Part shown: in pieces, positions 26,725 through 38,038 of the stretch
Layout of the letters: each line of letters begins with the position of its first letter
Position numbering within the stretch: position 1 is the stretch's first letter
DNA from: Lingula anatina
Taxonomy: Eukaryota > Animalia > Brachiopoda
Reading direction: 5' to 3'
Assembly: GCA_051362555.1 (NCBI GenBank)
Contig: CM120644.1
Location: 24,822,534 to 24,886,533, forward strand
Length of the DNA: 64,000 nucleotides
Program-made: the position numbers and the translations under genes
Notes under the pieces: model-generated
The model's input: only the letters and a program-made list of their open reading frames with translations
What the model was told of the DNA's origin: nothing
Database searches by the model: none

Positions 26725-29655
26725 TGCCAAATATCTTATCTCGAAGATACCAAACACAAGTGCTGTAAATCCCTGTGCAATGCTTAAAATAGTCCAACTA
26801 AACTTGTGGCAATAATTCTGCGTACAGGTAAGTAGTAGGGTAGGGTGGGTTGGAATTGGGTGCGGGAGGAGTCACTGGGGTAGGCCGACTGTCATTGGTC
26901 AGAAGTAATCTTTAATTTTCCAGCACCCACTGGTATATAGGGAGGAAAGTGCGCCCTTTTTACCTGTTAACTGGACATTACTGTAGCAAGGACTTCACTA
27001 AGACAATCTAAAAGACTGCTTTTAACAAGACGCCTTTATTTTATTATTCCGCACAACGAAGAGCTTTCAAGTTTGCTCCCATCTTTGAGCATGCTACGAA
27101 TAACTTAATTATCTAGTTTTTATTATTTACTGGGACTGTTTAAAGGAACATTGTTCTTCTGTAGTAGGGGCCTACTTGTAAGCGTTCATTGTGAATTTTT
27201 TTAAAATTTTGTGACAGCAGACTTTAATAAAAAAAACATTGCACCTTTCCCATTTGTTCCCATAATCGTAAAACTCTGGTACGAAATAGACAGAACACGA
27301 TGCCTATTCAGAAGAAATAGGAATTGTGGCTTTGTTAGAAACGGTATGATTTACTTATCTACTATAAACCTTAGCTATGGATAATTTTGAGCTAACAAAA
27401 CAAAATCGATTCTATGACGAAATGTGTAGGGAAAATAAACCTCAAAAGATGAGAATTTGCGTAGCTAGGTTGCTTCCGTTTCAGTCACCTGAAATGTACC
27501 TGTCGTACTGTTTATGATTTCAAGGCGTCATAGTAAACTTAGCCACACACCACTAGATTATCTATTAATCGAATCTTAAGTACCATTCTTTGATGTACAG
27601 TTCCCTGTCGGCGATGCTCGGGTAGATCTTATCATTGATTCACACTGTAAATCTCAGCGTCATCAACCGTGAACAGGGAGAGACTGTTGTAAACAACATA
27701 TTTGACACCTAGATGCGTGTAATTATATATTTATATATAACCTCTCCTCCACCCCATTGTTGTGAGATTACGTGCGCCACCCTTTATATTCATTTGACTC
27801 GTTTTTTTATTCTTAAAATATTTTATAAATCTCGATAAATGGAATCTACACATGAACAAAAAATTACAGAAATGGACCTCCTTCTTCAACCACAACTTCA
27901 TCTTAAAAACAAATGCTTCCAGACAAGCAGACAAGCAAACACTCGTGACCCGGATTACAATGTTCCAGGCTAATTCACGCCGTAGTAATTCCGCCTTGAA
28001 CAAGTCCCCTCCCCTTACTATATTAACCCCTAAAAGAAAGCCCCTGCTTCAACAGAAGGTCTAAAATGTCCGGGCCCGCATAGCGTGAACGCAAAGAACT
28101 TCATAATGTACCAAGTGTTTTTGCATGTTCGTGCCACGTGGTGCCATGGGCTATTACGATAACCGCATCGCACACAACATATTGCAAAATTGATACTTGA
28201 TTTGGTGTGTTTGTTTTAACAATCCCCCCCCCCCCCCCCACACACACACACAAAAACACCGGCCCATAATAATGGAATGCAGCTTATATGTTGGCAGCAA
28301 CAAAAAAAAAGCGAAATGACGAAAGCACTTGCTTTTTTATACCTTTTAAATATAAACATATGTAGTTAATACGTACATATTTCACAGTTGCTTCCGGTGT
28401 ACGTCTCCGGGCAAATACAACTATGTGTAGTAGTTCCATTCATACAGGTGGCGCCGTTTTGGCATGGTTGACTGCGGCAGTGATCAACCGCTGAAACAGA
28501 AGTATTATCACTGTTATGTTATTACTAGATTTCCAACGAAAATGTTTTTTTCATTCTTAGGTATTTTCTCGTTAAGACATCATTGGAAGCGGCTATATCT
28601 TAAACGGAACGTAATTAGTCGAATAATTATATTTGATTTATTAAGAGATCAACTAGTTGAAAATGTCTACGTGATTGGGTTCTTATAGTTTTTTCAAATG
28701 TGCTTAAAAGTAAGCAATGTAGATTAAAAAATAGATATTGTATGGAAAAGACCAGTGTACAATCTATGTAAAATGTGCCTGTGTTAATATTAAACCATTT
28801 CCAACATTCAACTAATATGACAGCTAATGATGACAAAACCTGATCTACACTAGTACTCTGCATGCCACGTGAAATGAACCAACACATAAACATAATGTAT
28901 ATGTAATACCTGACATGCTATCGCAACCTATTAATGTCTGATCTTTGAAGTACATGTGTTTACAATGCATTATGACATTCTTCCATACAACCGGAGCTTA
29001 GACATTCAAACAGAGCCAACAAATGTGTTTATGTGGTATACCCGTTATATCTTGTCTTCTTAAAGTATTTAAAAATATAGACGTAGAGCCCATAGATGTT
29101 TAAACTCATCTGTTCCATTGTACGTAGGAACAGTGTCACCGTGACGTCACACTAGTTCACGTGAACTCACCTACGTCACACGTGGCACCGGTAAAACCAG
29201 GCAGACATGAGCAGATAGCAGTGTCCTCGCTGGCTGAACACGTCCCGTTATTTTGACACGGTTGACTGTCACATGGATCGGGAGCTAAAAATGGCGAGAC
29301 GTATTTAGAAAAAATGACATGATGGATTTATCCCAAATGGTTTAAATTGTAAGACGATGTCAAAATTGAATGGCTTATATATATATAATATAATGCTGAA
29401 ACCCAAAATGTCCTTCGGTGTTAGATTTATACTTTGTGCTTTAACCAAAATAGAAATAAAATATAATACAAGTCATCATACATTTGGCCATTGAAAATTT
29501 AAATCTATATTATATCATCACTACCCAGCAATAGATTGTTTGATACATCAAGTATAAAAGTTTCATTTCAATTTAAAAGATGAAATCGTGGCTTTTCTCC
29601 TATAACACCATAAACAAGATTTCATGATAATCCCTGACTTATTTGGAGCTCTTAA

Positions 29656-30743
29656 GAGCGCGTCCATGAGAAAGCCAAACAGATCAGTCAGAAGGCGGCA
29701 AGGTGGGGGTCAGCAGATTTTAATAATTTTTGGTGTGGTAAACCATTAACATGAAAGATATTGTGAGCCACTGGCTTTCTTATTTTGGATCATTAGTTTT
29801 AGAGATATGGGGGAAGGTCTTTTATCCGCAATTTTGCCAAAATATTGCATTTTTTAGCTCTTGAAAAGTTATAATTTTAAATATTATTTTTAAAAATAAT
29901 GTACATCATAAGGAATTATTTAGGTATGCCATATGATGGGTTAAGGAAAGACCTTTAATACCCAGTACAGATTTTTCGAAAGGGCACTGTCATGACCACA
30001 CAAGGTTGATTCTAATAAGGCATGTTTTCCGTATGCTTTACCCCCTCCCCTTCTTTAAATGCACACATCTTCTTTTTTGCAGGTTGTATCCATATAATTT
30101 TGGTATGTGCCGATAGAAAAGGGTTGCAAAATAAAATTTGTGAAATAAAATCTGTGTTAAACCTTGTAAAATTAGAACTATAACAATTTTAAAAAGGGTC
30201 TAAAAACGAATGTTTTTATACTACTGAAATGCTTATCTGTTTCTTCAACTAAATTAATAAGTCAAAACCATGTATAGATTTGTGAAAAGCCCTTAAAACA
30301 ATCTTGTTTGCCCTGCAGACAAACTTATGAAGCAAAAATACATTTTTTAAATTTATTTATGTTGTAGAAACTAAATGTAAAATAACAATGCTAACTCTGT
30401 GACCTATTTTCAACATGGCGGGTACTAGGATTATCACCGGAGCAACTGTGGAGCAAAGCACATCGTCTTTACAGTGTTAAAACATAATGCTTTCTTAATT
30501 TTATGAAGAACACGCACTAGAGATGCTTAGGTACATCTCAGAAGGATTGGTGTGCACCAGAATATCACAAGAAATGACCACAGCAGCTGGTCGTCGGCAG
30601 GGGCGGATTGAGGCTCAGATTTTGAAGTTTACATTGTCGGGTATCTAATTTTGTCTGTCGTAAGACGGTCAAAAATGTAGAATGGATCAACAAAGATAAT
30701 TTGGAAGACTGTCAGAAAATATCTCTGGATCCGCCCCTGTTAG

Positions 30744-30789
<46 letters not shown>

Positions 30790-33302
30790 AACCACTTCAA
30801 ACTGTCGTCAGGCTTAGGTTCCTCGATATATCCAGCTCATCGATTTAGCTCTGGATGTTTGTTGTAAGGTAAGTGATCATATATATACTATATATAAAAT
30901 ATACTAGAATCAGATACACTAAAAACTCAAACCAGTTTAAATAATACGTTTGAATATTTTTAAGTAATATAAAGAATATTAAGCATGTTCTGGTATATTT
31001 CAATTCATAGAATTTTACTTGATTTCTATTTCATGGTAAATATGTCTGCTGAAGAGAATTAACTGTGTATCTAACTTATCAAGTATATTTGTGCATTAAA
31101 TTCTAGGGCTTTGTTACATGTGTTATCATAACACAAACAGTTAAGAGACAGCTTGTAGACAGCTTCATTAGAAATTTCTTTCACGGAATCAAAGGTATGT
31201 AACACACATTTAGTTTCACATTCAGTTTTGGCATTTTAGGGGATGTTACTTGTGCCAGTTTTTTATATTTTAGTTTCATATGCAGATTTATGTGTGTTTA
31301 CAATGAAGTTGAAGTTAACCACTTAGCTTTATGTGACTTTGTAACACACTGTGCTTCAATTTTCAAGACTTACACAGAACACTTGTACAACTAAAAGTAC
31401 TTTAGTAAAATCAGGAAGACTTTGCGGTCCATTATGTTGTTCATGTTGCTTTGCAAGGGAGTGTGCCAGACAATTAAGCTGATTACGATGACTGAGCCTG
31501 AGTGTGATACTCCGCTGAGATAGATTGGTCCTGCTACAGTAGTTTCTATTCTGAACACAGTAAGCCTCTGTTGTTGTAAAACATTTATTGATGTTATGTT
31601 TATTTTTCAGATTTTACATCCTAGGCCTGGATGTTAACCTTGACATGGACAATCTTACAGATAATAATAGAAGAGTCACCTGAAATTGCACAGGCAAATT
31701 CATCAGATTCAGATGTGAGCACCAACTCTGTCTTTCTATCATGGAATTCTGGATTTCAAATTGGATTTCCATTGGATTGACAAATATTGACAATTGACAG
31801 TTCAGTCACACTAAACTATAGTGGCATGTTGCTTCAAGTTACCACACTTTTTCTAAGATTGCTGAATTATCATTACTGTCTAAGGAGACCCTAGATCTCT
31901 CAACCAGAAGAAGAAACTTGGGGATCAATCAGTTATAAGATTAAAATCTCTGGAACACTACCCATCACTGTTGTGTTCAGTATATGGAAAAGATGACCGT
32001 GATATTGGAACCTTGGAGATTCATAGCTTGATTTCACTCCTGTGAAAAGTAACTGCTTTGTTCTTTTACTGTCCAATTGATAATATGAAAATAAAGTACT
32101 CCTCCTGTCATTGTATGTTGATGACTTTGTTTTAATTTTCTTTATAGAAAAAGAATATAGATAACAAGATATCACATGTATTTACAAAACCTATGAATCA
32201 TTTGAAAGGAAAAAGAATGGTTGAAAAATGCAATATAAATCATTTCAAGTGGATTAATTAGTGTTGCACTTGAGAAAACTGATAAAATGAGACAGTCATT
32301 CCCTTTTACCTTTAGAAAAATCCTTTGTAATTTTTTTTTTATTTTTCTCTTTTGCTCCCTGAAAATAAGGTATATATGCAATGCTGATGACATTGGATAT
32401 GCACAGTAATAACTCATTAAATGGAGGGGGGAGGGGGGTTGAATAACTTGTCACTAATAATTTAAATTTATTCAGAAGTTGTATGGCTCTGTTTGAAAAG
32501 AATATTATCTGAGCAACCCTGTATTACAGATCTCAAAATAAAAAACCTTCAAAAATGGGCCTCTTGATTATTTTGAGGAATTATGGTAACTGTATTTTGG
32601 GACAGAATTTATGGCAGCCATCATGTATTTATAAAAATTGGATAGATTTGCCCTTATCAAAGCATTGTTTGAATTCCTGGCTGTGAGTCTTTGATTAAAT
32701 TTGATTATTGGAAGGTATTATCTCAAAATGTACTGATATCTTGATTTTGGTCGTTTGGTTTTCTGCTAAAATTGCTTATGTTTGAGGCACTTTTTCAATA
32801 TCTTTTGTTGTGTTTAACACACTTTTTAAAATTTGTATGATGAGACCAATATATTCTCAGGATCCCTATACAGTTTTATGGCTGTCAACCCTGCAAAAAG
32901 AGAGATATGAATGCTTGAACATTGCTTGGTAGAAAAGTGAGTTTGGGGGGTGGGGTTATAAAAATGGGCGTGGCTCGTTAGTTTGTGGGTTAAACTAAAA
33001 TTAAGTAACATATTCTCAATGGCAAATGGCTGCTTTAAATAGGTAAATTATCAATTTATTTTAAAAAGTCATCAGTTTTGATATATTTGCTTATGAAGTG
33101 GCTTTATTGACCGAAGCTGAAAATCAAGCCAAAAATGGCCAAAACATTTAATATTATATTATAATTATATCCAATGATTTCTTTTGGGATTGTTGCCTTC
33201 AATATGAATATCTCCTATGTATGCAACTATATTATGAATTTGGTTGAAATCTGTTGACCCCCACCTTGCCACCCTCTGACTGGTCTTATCATGGACACAC
33301 AC
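29656..33302. mobile_element. ~3.6 kb TTAA-flanked DNA transposon (Kolobok-like), internally degenerate
   Basis: Imperfect ~60-bp TIRs (gtccatga...cagtcaga.gg.ggcaaggtgggggtca.cagattt at both ends). TTAA at 29652-29655 and 33303-33306. Confidence 0.75.
30598..30739. mobile_element. Short MITE nested in the TTAA element
   Basis: TIR caggggcggat / atccgcccctg. A similar left end occurs at ~33954. No TSD seen. Confidence 0.55.
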
Positions 33303-33569
33303 TTAATACTGACTGTCAATGAAAACGTATCATTTATTTACCAAATGATATTTTAAGTTCATTTGGCACATTAAGAAAATAGCAGTTTTCGTGTGAAATA
33401 TGTGAAATATGAAATAGTAGTCAGCCCACTCTCTTATGACCAAACAAGTGCATTTGTACCCATTTATATGGTTGGAATCGATTCTCGGAAAAAAAAATTA
33501 CAAGAAAGTTTTCTAGTGCGTTTTTTATTTACTGTCAGTATATATCCATGCGATATTATTTCACCTTAC

Positions 33570-33704
33570 CTGGTGTCGTGACTTTCAGTGACCCGGCTTT
33601 ACACTTCAAGTAACTTTTCGTCAAGAAATCTAGAGTATGCTTAGCAAGTCTGATCCTGAATTCTATCTCCTCCGATGACGCGCCAAAGTAAGACTGCCTT
33701 TTTC
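33570..33704 (-). CDS. Olfactomedin gene, predicted exon 2 (135 bp)
   Basis: Acceptor ttcgtag| and donor ccag|gtaagg, phase 1 to phase 1, open frame KRQSYFGASSEEIEFRIRLAKHTLDFLTKSYLKCKAGSLKVTTP. Phase matches the OLF exon. Confidence 0.65.
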
Positions 33705-34072
33705 CTACGAATGTATGATAAAAAATTATTCTTCTACCCCCAGGCCTGGATTTAATTATCATTACAAAAATGGCTACTATAGACAAAAATGATTCCAGGT
33801 GCTTTTTGCCCAAATGTCATAGTACTTAAATTTAATATTCTCCTATATTCCAATAATTATACAAGTATATTTAATTTATCTTGATGTATGTTCACTCCTG
33901 TACAATATTAATTGGCACTGGACTGGATTTCTTCAAATGGCCAGCAACATGTTCAGGGGCGGATTGAGGCCGTTTGTTTTTAGTAAGACTTAAGATATTA
34001 AACTGTCATAATTACTTTCAGTTGTAATATAAGAGGCAGATTAAATCTTAGTTCAGGTGTAAGCTAGCCTAC

Positions 34073-34283
34073 CTATGACTGGCTGTAGAATGCTCTTGAT
34101 GTCTGGACGCTGGAACAGTGTTGGACATTCCTTGTGGAGAACATCACTGGCTTTCTCGATTTGAACCTGTAACTTCAGTAACCCGAGAAGTTTGGGAAAC
34201 GGAACTTGGTTACTTGACGGAGTATTTCGTCCTCTGCCAAAACGAAGAAAAATGCAGAGGAATAAAACTTGAAATGTGAACAT
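34073..34283 (-). CDS. Olfactomedin gene, predicted first coding exon with signal peptide
   Basis: ATG at 34283, hydrophobic MFTFQVLFLCIFLRFG N-terminus, donor atag|gtaggc in phase 1. 211+135+803 bp gives a 382-aa ORF. Confidence 0.65.
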
Positions 34284-36025
34284 AACGAAATGGCGAGTGC
34301 TTTCTTTCCTCTTACGGGTTAGTACCAGTGTGAGGATAATGTCCTCGTCGGTCGCGGTTCAGAAGGAAAGGTGTGAGCCAAACGTGATGAGTAGCAAAGA
34401 TAAACCCTTGCACTTCAGATCAATTCCCCGAGACTGGTGGTGAGGGTGTAAGCCAAATGTATTTATTGTAGACACAGTGTCACGTGTTACTTGATTTTGA
34501 GTGAACTGTTCAGTATGGACAGAGTAATAGTGAGTTATCCCCACGTGATCGGTCAGTAGAGTAGTTGGTACAAATAGTAGGTGATAAGGTGCAGCACGTT
34601 TTTCGTCCACACGGTTTGAATGGAAAATACGCCTAAAAATGAGAATGCTATTCCATTTTTGCGAGTGTAAAATATTGGGAGTTATATATCCCGAATTGTC
34701 TCACAGTAATTACTTTTGAGTCCACTGCCTTCAAATACCTTGCCAATATGCCATTATTTGAACATTTAGACTGGAACTTTTTTTCGTGTCAATGTGGTGA
34801 GTTGGCCAGCAAATAGGAGCAGTCAATTGACATTTACTCTCTTGTGACCTTGACCGTTACTATCATAGAAAAGGTAGCAGAGCCCGAGTGAGAGCTGCTA
34901 AAGAATGAAGTGGCCGGGGGCTACAAAAAAAGTCAAGGTCAAATTAGCCTTATAACTGGCTTGGACATAAAAACGGATTATGTCCATGTTATGTGCTCTT
35001 TAACGTCATACGTGAAAGCAAACTAAATCTCAGCACAAAACGAAGTCACTGAAAATGTCAAACTACATGTATCTATGAACGCTCCATGTAGGCTTCTCAA
35101 ACAAGGCCTCGTGTACATCGTGAACTTTAACGATGAAGATGAGACCATGTTCGGGGACTGGTGTTGCGCGAGATGAAATAATACGGCACCCGAGCTATCG
35201 ATTGTAATTGCAGATGTAAACATGTACAGCCAAACTGGCCCTCTGCGTGATAAGGTAGAAAGTTTCCATTTGATCTAAAACTTAGCAAGAAAGCTCCTAG
35301 ACCTAACATCGAAGCTCCTGTGACTCCTTTGGAATTCCCACAGATATTTGGATCGATATATCTCCCTGGGGAATCTCCCTGGCTCTGTCGATAAAATCAT
35401 GAATTCATTAAGGGAAGTGAGAATAAAAAAACATGATTTGCCATCAATGTAGCTGACTACAAGTTTGTATAACTGTGAGGTTTTTAGTTTCTGAAAAGTC
35501 ATACTAAAATTACTGGAAAATTCCTTCTACTGTACTCTGAATTTCTCTTAATGAAAAATCGAACATCGGCTTTTTTATTTATTTATTTTACATCACTTTT
35601 AATCAATATTTTACATAGCAAACATATTTCGCTATCCAATTAATTATAAATCCTATAAAGTAGGAGGCGTGAGTTGCTGTAGCCAATTCAACAATTTAAC
35701 TTAGGCATCCCGTTGTAGAACACGTGAACCGCGTTCAGTAAAAATAATGCTACTCGAAGGCGATATAATTTTCAAAAGCCTCACTAGATTACTGTCAGCT
35801 TAGCAGGCTTAAGCGTCTGTCCCGCCTATTAAAAGCTGTAAGGGGGTAATTAACTATGGTGCGCGCTCGGCTGACTGCAATTAAGCGTGAACCCCCAGGA
35901 GGTTAGATCGATCTAAATCACCTGGAATGCACCCGTATGGTGCATGTCCTAGGTAGAACCCCTCACTCTCACGACCCCTCCCTCTTGGGGTCTTGGTGAA
36001 TCTTAGCTGAATCCCCATGTTCAGC

Positions 36026-36067
<42 letters not shown>
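36026..36067. repeat. (AAT)n microsatellite; others are (GT)n ~9955-9990 and ~40606-40642, (CT)n/(CA)n ~50511-50569
   Basis: Read directly from the sequence. Confidence 0.9.
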
Positions 36068-36069
<2 letters not shown>

Positions 36070-37725
36070 TAGACTGCAACTGGCTTAAGCCAGTGGCGGA
36101 GGATTCCCCTGCAAAATAGGTGTGGAAAGGCTCTTACAAGGTCATGTGAAGGTCATGGGTTAAATTTGACCCCATATTCTGAAAGAGCATGTGCGAATTG
36201 GGGGTGGGGGTCAACAAAACATCCCTTTTAGCTCACTTCAATATTTCGCCATGAAATAGCCAAATGACCTTGAAAATGAGGGTCAAGGTCAAATTTGACA
36301 TTTGATTTGGGGGTTTTGGGTATATGTTTGGGGTAGTTTACTATAGCATGCTATGACCAAAAACCAGTGTTTCATGGAGAAATTGCCAAACTCAAGATTT
36401 CTGCAATGTTATAAATATTTTAAAATCTATATTAAAAAAAGTAATTAGGCAGTCGCTACCAATGTACGGCTAACCTTAGATAAATATATAGGGCATCATT
36501 TGCTACTATGATCGGGGCTCTGGGCCTTCCGGTTTTTGAGATCTCGGAAACAAACCTTTTTTGAGCCCGTTTGGCCATTAGCGACCTTGACCTTGACCTA
36601 CTTGTATAAAAGTAGGTCATTATCTGTGGATTTGGCTCAGTATCATTGGCCATAAGGCCCTTGGCCATATGGCTTATACTTTAGGCCTAATGGCAATTTC
36701 AAATTTTACAATATTTGCCTTTAAAAGCTCCTGTGACCTTGAAAAGTAGGTCAAGGTCACTAAAACTGGGTCTATAGCATATTCTTATCATAGGCTACCT
36801 ATGTAAATTATTTCAGATTTTTTGCGAAAAAAAACGCGCGGAAAGAATAATAACTAGACTGCAACCGGCTGAAGCCAGTGGCGGAGGATTCCCCTGCAAA
36901 ATAGGTGTGGAAATGCTCTTACAAGGTCATGTGAAGGTCATGGGTTAAATTTGACCCCATATTCTGAAAGGGCATATGCGAATTCGGGTTGGGGGGGTCA
37001 ACAAAACATCACTTTTAGCCCTCTTCAATATTTCTTCATGAAATAGCCCAATGACCTTGAAAATGAGGGTCAAGGTCAAATTTGACATTTGATTTGGGGT
37101 TTTTGGGCATATGTTTGGGGTAGTTTACTATAGCATGCTATGACCAAAAACCAGTGTTTCATGGAGAAATTGCCAAACTCAAGATTTCTGCAATGTCATA
37201 AATATTTAAAAATCTATATTAAAAAAAGTAATTAAGCAGTCGCTACCAAATTACGGTTAACCTTAGATATATATATAGGGCATCATTTGCCACTATGATC
37301 GGGGCTCTGGGCCTTCCGGTTCTTGAGATCTGGGAAACAAACCGTTTTTGAGCCCGTTTGCCCATTAGCGACCTTGACCTTGACCAACTTGCATAAAAGT
37401 AGGTCATTATCTGTAGATTTACCTCAGTATCACTGGCCATAAGGCTCTTAGCCATATGGCTTATACTTTAGGCCTAATGGCAATTTCAAATTTTACAATT
37501 TTTGCCTTTAAAAGCCCCTGTGACCTTGAAAAGTACGTCAAGGTCACTGAAACTGGTTTTGTGGCATATTCTGACCATAGGCTACCTATGATAATTATTT
37601 CAGATTTTTTGCGAAAAAAAACGCGCGGAAAGAATAATAATACTACCAAAAACAATAGTATTCCCCTATGGGGAATCCTAATAATACCAAAAACAATAGT
37701 ATTCCCCTATGGGGAATCCTAATAA
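36068..37725. mobile_element. Head-to-tail dimer of a ~785-bp non-autonomous element (Helentron/HINE-like) at an (AAT)n microsatellite
   Basis: Units start actagactgcaac at 36068 and 36853, rich in tgaccttga motifs. 5' hairpin actggcttaagccagt, subterminal inverted repeat aggattcccc / ggggaatcct, and a 41-bp terminal module with palindrome attcccctatggggaat duplicated at 37644 and 37685. Confidence 0.7.
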
Positions 37726-38038
37726 TAGTAACAATTAGCATAATCAAGACTCAATTGATTTTATTACATTTTAGAGTAGTACCAATAACCAACCATGTCT
37801 TATCTTCATAATTCTTGCTAAAAGATATATCAACTGTATCCCTATAATAATTATTCACATGAAAATAAAAGAAAATGATTATATGCACTAGTTAAATTAA
37901 CTAAAAATAACATATATACTTTCATTATGAATATTAAACGAACAAGGTTCCGGTTTCTTCTAAGGTATGGTTGTTGTGTGCTCATTACATTTTACTCAGT
38001 GAAAGTAATCACAATTCAAACATCATCAAAGTGTCCAA

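Larger units (their letters stand above)
13257..26830 (-). mobile_element. CACTA/EnSpm (CMC) DNA transposon with spliced transposase, inside the olfactomedin intron; right boundary uncertain
   Basis: Left end starts CCCGCACG followed by dense subterminal ctactgc/gcagtag motifs (13257-13900). Transposase exons lie between 14345 and 26724. Confidence 0.75.

Noticed and set aside
26860-26866. gtgcggg as the right TIR of the CACTA element
   Set aside because: Only a 7-bp match to the left end, without subterminal repeats or TSD; may be chance.
27590-27710. Possible retroviral-type protease relic (VDLIIDS)
   Set aside because: Too short and degenerate to support.
36456-37722. Duplicated short ORFs (36456..36668, 37243..37455)
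   Set aside because: Incidental frames within the tandem non-autonomous element.
37644-37725. Palindromic 41-bp direct repeat as CRISPR repeat or rho-independent terminator
   Set aside because: Only two adjacent copies with no spacer; better explained as a mobile element terminus.
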